Assembly: GCA_964404365.1 (NCBI GenBank)
Contig: CAYOJT010000001.1
Coordinates: 1 to 41,450, forward strand
Direction: 5' to 3'
From: an uncultured Bacteriovoracaceae bacterium
Lineage (GTDB): Bacteria > Bdellovibrionota > UBA1018
Length of the DNA: 41,450 bases
Shown here in pieces: positions 8,601-14,934 of this stretch. Positions within the stretch are counted from its first letter, which is position 1. The number at the start of each line of letters is the position of its first letter. The notes below the pieces were generated by a model that was not told where the DNA came from, did not search any database, and worked only from the letters and a program-made list of their open reading frames with translations. The position numbers and the translations under genes are program-made.

Positions 8601-10727
8601 CCGGAGCAGAAACTCACGCTCTGGAACATCTTTACTGCGAAACGTGCAAACCGATACACGGATGAGTTTTTTGAGGAAAACCTCCTGAAGGGTTGGCTGA
8701 ATGCGATCGAGCCTGAAAAGACTCGTATGGCCGAGGCTGTACTGGGTAGAGATCAGCTGCGCTCGGAGCGTATGAAGATGTTGATGACTCGACACCTGGT
8801 CGAACCAAAACTCGATGAGCTTTCGAAAGTCAAAGGTAAGGTTCCGGATAATGTAGTTTTCGACCTCGTCGGGACAATCCAGCGTTACAACCAACCTTCC
8901 TCGCGATTTAAAGATGATTTCATCGAAGAAATCGCCTGGAAGCTCGAGTTGAGTGAAAAACAATGCATGCGCTTCATCGAGCCAATGAAGAGTTTTAATT
9001 ATAAGGGGATTGATCCACGTACATTAAACGCGCTCTCGGCTCTTTCAGTTTCGCTCGAGTACTTGAGTGTGAAAGAAAAACTCCAGTTTCTTAGACACAT
9101 TCAAAACCCGGTGGATGATCTGATTCGGACGATTCCAAATTTAAAACGTGTGATCGAGACGGTGGGTAAGGCCTCAAATAAGACCGCCGAAGTTGAAGCA
9201 ATCTTCGATTATTTGGAGACCTTTATTCGTGATGCCAGCGATGGCGAAAAATTAGTGTTGTCCGAAGTCCTCATCGGAACAAGAGGGCATGGTTTATGGT
9301 TTAAGGGGCCTGAGGTTCGTAATGAACTCTACGAGCTTGCGGGCTTTAAAGGGAACGACGAGAAGCGACTTCTTTTTGAGTCCTACATTAAGGCTCTTCC
9401 AGCCCACGAGCATTCGCTTACCCTGTCTTACTTGATCAGTACGTATTCGCCGAAGCCTCAAAATGAACTTTTGAAGACTCTTGAGCTATTTGGAACTCCA
9501 GGAATCAAGTTCGCGCAAATGGCCTCTATCATGCAGGTTTTTGGTCCGGAGCGTTCTGCGGAATTGAGTAAGGCGAAAAATCGCGCGGCTCCTCCTACCC
9601 GCTCTGAAATCTACGGCTTGTTACGTGGGCGTATGAGTCCCGAAGAGTTTTCGAAAATTACGCGCGTAAAGAAACTCCTGGGCTCGGGTTCGATCAAATT
9701 TGTCGTGTCGGTTGAGTTTTCCGATGGCCGCTCGGAAGCGGTTTATATTCGTAGACCATTTCTGGATGACACGATTCGAGACACGCTCGACCTTTCTGAG
9801 AGATGGATGACAGAACTCAGGAAGGACGAGGGTTACGCGAACAAATTCGATTACGATTATTATATTCGGACTCTCAGGCAGCAGCTCGCGGATGAAATCC
9901 AGTTTAAACGTGAATTTGATCTCACGAAAAAAATGAACGAATTGTACGGAAAGGTTCGCTCTTATAAAGGGTGGCGTTTCCAACCCGTGAGCGCATCTTC
10001 GAAAAGTGTGCAGGGGGATAGCGTTCTTTTTTATTCGGAAGTTAAGGGCGCGGTTACATTCGACATGCTCACAGAAGCCCAGAAGCTTGAAGTCGGTCCG
10101 TATATTTTAAAAACGGAACTTGAGTTTCTATTTGCAGGCCAATTCGATGCCGATCGCCACATTGGAAACTATTTGATCGATGCCAGTTCGAAGAGGATTT
10201 ATCCTCTCGATCTAGCTCAGTCCTATTCGCTCAATCGGAATCGCTTTTTCACGGAGGGCGATCCGTATTATTTAGCAAAGATATTCTTGGGATTGGGTCA
10301 TGACGACAAGACAAAAGGTGCAAAAATTCTTTCAGAGACCTTTGTTAAACTCCACGACGCGCCCAACGTGATTTCGAGAGAAACTCAGGCGCTTCTAGCC
10401 TCCGAAATTGAGGCGATTCTGAAGTACGTGAATGCCGACGGTACACGTCTTCCGATGAACGAAGTATTTGTAAAAATTCTCGATCGCCTCAACTTCCATC
10501 GAGTCCGACTGCCAAGCCGCATGAGCTTAGGTGTTGTGAAGGATTTGTTGATTATTCTGAATGAGGAATACGCTAAAACTGTTCCCGCGAAGGTGCGAGA
10601 CGGGATCATCAAATCCTTTGTTCGGAAGCAAATAGTCTTGGGCGCGAGATACACCGTGTTTGATAAGATTGAAGATCTTTTCTCAACGAAGGTGAACTGC
10701 AGAGATATCACACACGATGTCCTTTAG
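5694..10727 (+). CDS. giant secreted multidomain protein (1,677 aa): signal peptide + M48-like zinc-protease module + long helical region + C-terminal ABC1/UbiB-like atypical kinase module
   Basis: Signal-peptide-like N-terminus (HFITSIAFALALASPIFSVEA|KE). The M48-type pattern is ...EPTAFVA...GYVYFSTGLLDKM...MTGVIAHEFAHPKQ (HEFAH = nt 6288-6302), followed by DEATTDFLGMRLL (E-x-x-x-D third-ligand region). The C-terminal ABC1-like motifs are GTPGIKFAQMASI (nt 9501-), LGSGSIKFVV, AVYIRRP, QFKREFDLTKKMNELY, FDADRHIGNYLID (nt 10143-) and PLDLAQ. ATG at 5730 (MSASG...) is an alternative start. Confidence 0.75.
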   Translation: MLLSTSCWRVMRMSASGIHFITSIAFALALASPIFSVEAKEKNSPAITSSQVKRLRKPASDELKFHVYEKYVRGLSNKEASHLKGIFDSYAVIDLEASGLTAWRSWLDEVTERLTESVMKHGDQYPTYRIEILASDEPTAFVAKFRNAGFESYRGYVYFSTGLLDKMAATLQGAGKKVSDLNPELFQKVLDGMTGVIAHEFAHPKQDETVKWSWRSAQDKSTFNHGQVDEATTDFLGMRLLKDAELPPDNMLTGLQLLFGDKPENSNRVIRILQGGLSTHPQDNLRLNLNRGALTQLRMKEGLVEAKAISVPVGDLLLESKIAETGTSLRTQVRGMFISGLPENASEFSRVLELLKRNLRESGSAYSNRRYTKLLNQIVQEGYAPNSDEQKAYLAFYDSILANSENKREGVLRCKSLALSAFNTYDDLVAPGTYFPDSYKKRQVRVSPWARRPNQARAFRLPLGETPKILSDLQTQAFEKAWSEMSVPEKVHAIDHLDPLFERNLIEKAFEQLATEVGAHDELIQVEFHLARWARGITFNQTEKIDHFAYAELKKIMSQVPFSEQKFIPRMMKYFLYERVPLLYLKERARKDAAFLAVYNDVFGVPVEDLLRHADNPPALGIDLAQMLTSSERPSLLSWQVSPYKENLPILQKADRPYLGAYWNRIQEIFNSDQNQKAIVFYAEYYQKADEFVKSNSSARFFGNWANYANAQPEKVAEPIHEVLIGGLPDLKKKLTYIYNSVPNGPLNWQFYADMFPLIKAGEEELYWNSIKQGTNNELKILDILRKRKQITPEVYATRSAKLLEPVEGKMRTAVTALDHFSTHIIWKDLQEGAEKAPGTFLKYVLDSFDLGKFDRALDQRESTNNALKVKLKYHPDYVEPLAKVHKGLKSDFLKYIGYTKQFKNFSVTDPEFRRIFVENFAKAQEYLALVFNPDGMWLSAEIRQQFNGGPFDRLLFEFVPVVPVEDLSPEQKLTLWNIFTAKRANRYTDEFFEENLLKGWLNAIEPEKTRMAEAVLGRDQLRSERMKMLMTRHLVEPKLDELSKVKGKVPDNVVFDLVGTIQRYNQPSSRFKDDFIEEIAWKLELSEKQCMRFIEPMKSFNYKGIDPRTLNALSALSVSLEYLSVKEKLQFLRHIQNPVDDLIRTIPNLKRVIETVGKASNKTAEVEAIFDYLETFIRDASDGEKLVLSEVLIGTRGHGLWFKGPEVRNELYELAGFKGNDEKRLLFESYIKALPAHEHSLTLSYLISTYSPKPQNELLKTLELFGTPGIKFAQMASIMQVFGPERSAELSKAKNRAAPPTRSEIYGLLRGRMSPEEFSKITRVKKLLGSGSIKFVVSVEFSDGRSEAVYIRRPFLDDTIRDTLDLSERWMTELRKDEGYANKFDYDYYIRTLRQQLADEIQFKREFDLTKKMNELYGKVRSYKGWRFQPVSASSKSVQGDSVLFYSEVKGAVTFDMLTEAQKLEVGPYILKTELEFLFAGQFDADRHIGNYLIDASSKRIYPLDLAQSYSLNRNRFFTEGDPYYLAKIFLGLGHDDKTKGAKILSETFVKLHDAPNVISRETQALLASEIEAILKYVNADGTRLPMNEVFVKILDRLNFHRVRLPSRMSLGVVKDLLIILNEEYAKTVPAKVRDGIIKSFVRKQIVLGARYTVFDKIEDLFSTKVNCRDITHDVL

Positions 10728-10765
10728 CTGAGGACTAGTGAGGTTCGCCTAAAACTCGGGCTATC

Positions 10766-11512
10766 TTACCAGTTTCGTTTTTCGGCTACACCACTCTTAT
10801 CCGCGGCGAGTAGCTGTTCCTGGAGGTCTTTAATCCCAGAGTCGGCTGCGCGACCAAACCACATCGAAAAGATGCGCCTTGAAGCTCCAATTCCTACGAG
10901 AGCTTTTTGAAGAAAGCCTTCGCCGTTCACGAAGAGCAAGGTCTGGTTCGCATCGCCATTTTTCTTAAGACCAATCCAAATCGTTTGGCCCTCTTTTATG
11001 TCCCCACTTTTTTTCACCATATCGAGGAGTTCTTTTGCGACAGGGTCCTTATCTGGAAAGAAGCGATTTTCAGCGAGCGAGTCGGTGAAGCCCGCGAGGA
11101 GTTTTGCGTTATCGACGTCGCGGAGGAAGGTCATCGACATTGCCGCGACAGAAGCCTTTTCAATTGAATCGAACGCAGCGGCGATCGTTGATTTCTGGAA
11201 GACAGCATCATCATTCATGAAGACCTGGCCGACGTAGACCTTAGGCCAAAGAATCGCGATCTGTTTTTTTCGAATTCCAGCCGCAACGCGTTTCAAACTT
11301 TCCTTTTTTCCATCCACATCGATCGTCAAACTTTTGGCGAGAGGTACTTTCTCTAACCGGATCTCACCCGGCACAGAACTGAAGATCGAACTTGGCTCGG
11401 CAGCCCTGCTAGGGGCGGATAGAGCGAGAAGTCCAAGCGAGGAAAGTAGAAGTACACTCAGTAAAATTAGGGATGAACTCTTATTTTTTGAAACTGTTTT
11501 CATAACGGACAT
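10766..11512 (-). CDS. secreted chalcone-isomerase-like family protein (function unknown)
   Basis: 248-aa ORF. AAGGAGAG lies 6 nt upstream of the ATG. Signal peptide LILLSVLLLSSLGLLALSAPSRA|AE. Core pattern LKRVAAGIRKKQIAILWPKVYVGQVFM matches the bacterial chalcone-isomerase-like fold (G-x-G-x-R-x-K...KVY...). Confidence 0.5.
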   Translation of the reverse strand: MSVMKTVSKNKSSSLILLSVLLLSSLGLLALSAPSRAAEPSSIFSSVPGEIRLEKVPLAKSLTIDVDGKKESLKRVAAGIRKKQIAILWPKVYVGQVFMNDDAVFQKSTIAAAFDSIEKASVAAMSMTFLRDVDNAKLLAGFTDSLAENRFFPDKDPVAKELLDMVKKSGDIKEGQTIWIGLKKNGDANQTLLFVNGEGFLQKALVGIGASRRIFSMWFGRAADSGIKDLQEQLLAADKSGVAEKRNW

Positions 11513-11524
11513 CGTAACTCTCCT

Positions 11525-11553
11525 TTGACACGTAAGGAAGCACCTCGTAAATT
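11525..11553 (+). promoter_or_regulatory. candidate sigma70-type promoter for the TPR lipoprotein gene
   Basis: Perfect -35 TTGACA (11525-11530), a 17-nt spacer, then -10 TAAATT (11548-11553; 4/6). The predicted transcription start is within a few nt of the ATG at 11563, which implies a very short or absent leader. Confidence 0.35.
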
Positions 11554-11562
11554 AAAAGAAGA

Positions 11563-12354
11563 ATGGTTTCGAGAACTTGCAAGACTTTAGCGTCTCTTCT
11601 AATCCCGCTTTTTCTTTTTGGATCATGTTCGTCTACTCCGAAGACTTCGTCCACTGAGGAAATCAAAGGCACTCCACGCGAGAAGGCCGCGATCCTCGTT
11701 GAGGCAGCAAATGGATCGATGATTGAAAAGGATCCGATCGGAGCGCTTCAGTATTTGAAAACGGCTGAAGGCTACGATCCGAATTATGCACCCATTTATC
11801 ATGCCAAGGCGCTCGCCTTTCATATGCGAAAGGACTACGCGCGCGCGCTTACTGAAATGAAGCATTCGGTCGAGCTCGATCCGAATAATTCTTACGCGAA
11901 TAACACTTACGGAAAACTTTTGATGGATGCTAACCGCATTCCCGAAGCGCAGAAATTTCTTAGAAAAGCCGCGAGTGATTCGACTTTCCGCGAGGCGTAT
12001 AAAGCAAACACAAGTTTAGGAATCATTGCGTATCGCGAAGGTAAACTCGAAGAAGCGACGATGGTTTTTGATAAGGCTATTACCGATAATCCTGCAAATG
12101 CGTGCATCGCCCTTTATTACAAAGGGCATATTGCATTGAAAAGAAACGAGCTATCGGCCGCGACGAAGTTTTACGAAAAGGCCTCCACTAAATTGTGTTC
12201 AGCTTTCCCGGATGCGCACCTTGCACTCGGTATGGCGCTTGAGCGCGAGAAGAAAAATGATTTAGCTCGTAAGAAATATTTAGAATTTCAGCAGAATTTT
12301 CCAGAAACCAAGGCGGCTCTGACGGCACAAGACCGCTTACGCAAACTGCAGTAG
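11563..12354 (+). CDS. TPR-repeat lipoprotein, PilF/PilW-like (type IV pilus biogenesis/stability family)
   Basis: 263-aa ORF with a lipobox-like LFLFGSC after a short basic N-terminus. It has multiple TPR units (e.g. YHAKALAFHMRKDYARALTEMKHSVELDPNN, NTYGKLLMDANRIPEAQKFLRKA). It sits immediately upstream of rodZ, the pilF/pilW-rodZ synteny known from proteobacteria. Confidence 0.55.
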   Translation: MVSRTCKTLASLLIPLFLFGSCSSTPKTSSTEEIKGTPREKAAILVEAANGSMIEKDPIGALQYLKTAEGYDPNYAPIYHAKALAFHMRKDYARALTEMKHSVELDPNNSYANNTYGKLLMDANRIPEAQKFLRKAASDSTFREAYKANTSLGIIAYREGKLEEATMVFDKAITDNPANACIALYYKGHIALKRNELSAATKFYEKASTKLCSAFPDAHLALGMALEREKKNDLARKKYLEFQQNFPETKAALTAQDRLRKLQ

Positions 12355-12381
12355 AGCAACGAAGGATAGAGACCAGGCTCG

Positions 12382-13533
12382 ATGGAAGATACCCCCGCAA
12401 CAGCAGAAAGTTTAGGAGAGTTTCTTCGTTCAGAACGCGAACGGAGAGGCCTATCCATTGAACAGGTGGCCTCTGCGACTAAGATTAGTCAGCGTGTGCT
12501 CTATGCGCTCGAGAGCGATCACTATTCAGACCTTCCGGCTCTCCCTTTCGTCCGAGGCTTTGTAAAAAACTACGCGAAATTTATCGGGCTCGATGGAAAT
12601 CAGGTTCTGAGTCGCTATCGCGCTTTTCTCGAACAGCATTCGAAAGAACGTCCGAATAAGGACGCGGGTCATAGCGGTTACGCGTTTGAGCGGCCAGAAG
12701 GCGAGCAGGCGAAGAAAGTTTTATCCGCGACGATGACTGGAATTCTACTTCTCGGCGCACTGGTGGTTTTTGTTTTTAAGCCGTCGCTCAAGAAAAGGCA
12801 CTCAGAGCACATTGAGAAAATTCAGGCGTCTGGCAGCCCGATTGCTTCGCCGGAAGGGACAGCCGTCGCTGGCAGTCCTTCGCCAAGCACTCCTGTTCCA
12901 AGTGCGTCTTTGGCACCGGCGACGGTTGTTGCTAAGTTTGTAGCGCCGAAAACTCCGCTTGTTCTTGCGCTCCCGACACCGACAGCTGCACCTGCGACCC
13001 CGGTTCCCGCGACCCCCAAACCGACCGCGGTTGCAAGCGCGACAGCTGCACCGACATCAGTTCCCGCGACACCAGCTCCAACCGCCGTTGCTGCCGCTTC
13101 GCCTGCGCCATCGACTGCTCCTGCCAGCGAAAAGCCCGACGAATTGCAGAGTGGTCTCGATTACGATCTGAAAGACGTGAAGTACAAGGTCATCGTGAGA
13201 GCCCTTACGGATGTGGTTGTTCGCTATCAGTGCGACGAAAAGAAGATTATGAAGTTCACCCTGAAGGCCGACAAAATCCTCGTATTACGCGGAAAGAACA
13301 CGATCCGCTTTCAGGTATCCAATCCCGACTCCGTTACTGTGAACGCCTCAGGAGCGATCTTTCGCCCAATGTCGAAGGCTCCGGGGCAGCTTTTGTTGAA
13401 TTCGACGGCTACATGGGTGTGGCCTCCGCAACCCGTTGAAAAGATTGATGAAAAATTCAAGTCTGGTGCTGAGCTCCCGAAAACCAAGGGTCCAGATTTT
13501 GAGACCCAGAGCGCCGCATCAACCGAGGGTTGA
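12382..13533 (+). CDS. rodZ: cytoskeleton/cell-shape protein RodZ
   Basis: N-terminal HTH domain (LGEFLRSERERRGLSIEQVASATKISQRVLYALESDHYSDLPALPFVRGFVKNYAKFIGLD). One TM helix (LSATMTGILLLGALVVFVF). A Pro/Ala/Thr-rich linker. The C-terminal beta domain resembles DUF4115 (VIVRALTDVVVRYQCDEKK...IRFQVSNPDSVTVNASG). Confidence 0.8.
   Translation: MEDTPATAESLGEFLRSERERRGLSIEQVASATKISQRVLYALESDHYSDLPALPFVRGFVKNYAKFIGLDGNQVLSRYRAFLEQHSKERPNKDAGHSGYAFERPEGEQAKKVLSATMTGILLLGALVVFVFKPSLKKRHSEHIEKIQASGSPIASPEGTAVAGSPSPSTPVPSASLAPATVVAKFVAPKTPLVLALPTPTAAPATPVPATPKPTAVASATAAPTSVPATPAPTAVAAASPAPSTAPASEKPDELQSGLDYDLKDVKYKVIVRALTDVVVRYQCDEKKIMKFTLKADKILVLRGKNTIRFQVSNPDSVTVNASGAIFRPMSKAPGQLLLNSTATWVWPPQPVEKIDEKFKSGAELPKTKGPDFETQSAASTEG
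12981..13100 (+). repeat. imperfect 60-nt tandem duplication inside the rodZ linker
   Basis: Units start at 12981 and 13041. They share the exact 12-mer gacagctgcacc and the 11-mer gttcccgcgac. They encode TAAPATPVPATPKPTAVASA / TAAPTSVPATPAPTAVAAAS. Confidence 0.6.
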
Positions 13534-13535
13534 TT

Positions 13536-13644
13536 TCATCCACACGATAAATTCAGTTTATCCACACGCCTTAAGTATATGATAGCTATACTTATTTTTC
13601 CTTAGATCCCCGGTTTTAAACAAGACCTGTGAAAGTTATCCCCA
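13536..13644 (+). promoter_or_regulatory. cluster of three same-orientation DnaA-box-like 9-mers
   Basis: TCATCCACA (13536-13544; 1 mismatch), TTATCCACA (13558-13566; perfect consensus) and TTATCCCCA (13636-13644; 1 mismatch). The first two share the extended 9-mer ATCCACACG, 22 bp apart. All lie in the 243-bp convergent rodZ/lptFG intergenic region. Confidence 0.4.
13573..13599 (+). terminator. weak intrinsic-terminator-like hairpin after rodZ
   Basis: AAGTATA-tgatagc-TATACTT: a 7-bp all-A/T-plus-one-G/C stem with a 7-nt loop, followed by ATTTTT. The stem is AT-rich, so predicted stability is low. Confidence 0.3.
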
Positions 13645-13776
13645 AAGGATGCGATTTCCTCGGGTTTTTCGGCGAGTTTCGAAAATCAAGTCAAAAATCT
13701 GACGAAATTCTAACGGAAAACAGGCTCTTTTTTAAAAAATTGAGAAATTCACATGAGGTGAAAGTTTTAGAAAATC

Positions 13777-14874
13777 TTACCAAGAAGCAGCTTTGAATGC
13801 TCGGTAGCCCACAATTCCTAAAATCACATTTGGAATCATGAGTCCCAGGGCGGCGGGAAGAAGGCCCATGTGAACGATTCGAATGCAGCCCGCCTGAATC
13901 ATCCAGTAGGGAACGATGATCGCAAGCGTGATGAGCGTCGCGCCCGAGCGAACCGCACGCGTGCGAGCCGTTCCGAATCCAATTCCGAGGAAAACGAAGA
14001 AGAGCGGAGCGAGCGCCATCGCGTGACGACGCCAGATTTCGGCTTCGTATTCGAGCACCATCTTCGGATTAGGTTCCGTCTTCATAATTTTTCGAAGCGA
14101 GTGGAAGGGGCGGGACTTCGGCTTCACTGAGGCGTCGTCACTTCCTGCTTCGACCTTCAAAAACAGGTTATATTCGCGAAAATTCACCTTTTTATAGATG
14201 TTCTCTTCGATATCGATGGAGTGAATATTCCCTGAGTAAAGCTTTAAGGCGGCTGAGCTTCCTAAATCATCCCTGCTTTTTACGGGAACCATCTCACCAT
14301 CACGCGCGACGACTGTGAGTGGACTCTTAGGATTTCTCTCGTCATAGATGAAGACCTTGCTCATGCGATTCGTGCGACTGTCCACTTTGTCGGCGTAAAT
14401 CAGTAGATCGAAGAATCCCGAGGTGAAAGTACCCTCGCGGATCGCCGCCACGGCCTTCGTATTACTGAGTTGAGTGATCGTGCGGCTGAGTTCTGACGAG
14501 CTCATCGGAACCCATTCCAGATAGAGCGCACTTGAGACCAGGGCTACCGCAGCGCCGAGCCAGAGGACGGGCTTTGTCAGGCGCCAGAGGCTCATCCCGT
14601 TCGCTTTCATGGCGACTAGCTCCGAGTCGGCCGATAAGCGGCCGAAACCCACGAGCACGGAAATGAGGAATGCCAGAGGTAAAGAGATCGGAAGGAAGCT
14701 GACAAGAAAGAGTCCAGTAATCTTGAGCAGGACGCCGCCTGGTGCGCCATGCACAATGAAACTTTCTGCAAGGCGTAATGATTGGAACATCAGAAAGATG
14801 AAGGAAAAGAAGATTAACCCACCGCCGAATGGTCCTAGGATTTCCGTCAAAAGGTAACGATCGATCTTCTTCAC
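13777..14874 (-). CDS. LPS export ABC transporter permease, LptF/LptG (YjgP/YjgQ) family
   Basis: 365-aa ORF with the typical family N-terminus MKKIDRYLLTEILGPFGGGLIFFSFIFLMFQSLRL. It has six hydrophobic segments with a large periplasmic insert between TM3 and TM4. It is divergent from pepA, as in the E. coli pepA/lptFG locus. Confidence 0.85.
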   Translation of the reverse strand: MKKIDRYLLTEILGPFGGGLIFFSFIFLMFQSLRLAESFIVHGAPGGVLLKITGLFLVSFLPISLPLAFLISVLVGFGRLSADSELVAMKANGMSLWRLTKPVLWLGAAVALVSSALYLEWVPMSSSELSRTITQLSNTKAVAAIREGTFTSGFFDLLIYADKVDSRTNRMSKVFIYDERNPKSPLTVVARDGEMVPVKSRDDLGSSAALKLYSGNIHSIDIEENIYKKVNFREYNLFLKVEAGSDDASVKPKSRPFHSLRKIMKTEPNPKMVLEYEAEIWRRHAMALAPLFFVFLGIGFGTARTRAVRSGATLITLAIIVPYWMIQAGCIRIVHMGLLPAALGLMIPNVILGIVGYRAFKAASW

Positions 14875-14934
14875 TGTTCTCTCATTTTAAGCCCTATGTT
14901 ATCAAAAATCCTCATCAATTTTATCGGAGACACC

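Noticed and set aside
8412-8963. 183-aa ORF antisense within the giant M48/ABC1 gene; likewise 5187..5675 (-), 17329..17835 (-) and 19570..20085 (-)
   Set aside because: All are embedded opposite ORFs with recognisable family motifs and have no motifs or translation signals of their own. I treat them as shadow ORFs.
13650-13703. Tiny 17-codon ORF (MRFPRVFRRVSKIKSKI) in the rodZ/lptFG intergenic region
   Set aside because: There is no Shine-Dalgarno sequence, the peptide is very short, and there is no supporting signal. This cannot be distinguished from chance.
13534-13776. Interpretation of the DnaA-box cluster as the chromosomal origin (oriC)
   Set aside because: There are only three boxes. 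No dnaA, dnaN, gidA or parAB neighbourhood is present, there are no clear 13-mer-type DUE repeats, and the flanks are convergent 3' ends. I kept it as a DnaA-binding-site candidate only. GC-skew analysis of the whole genome would be decisive.
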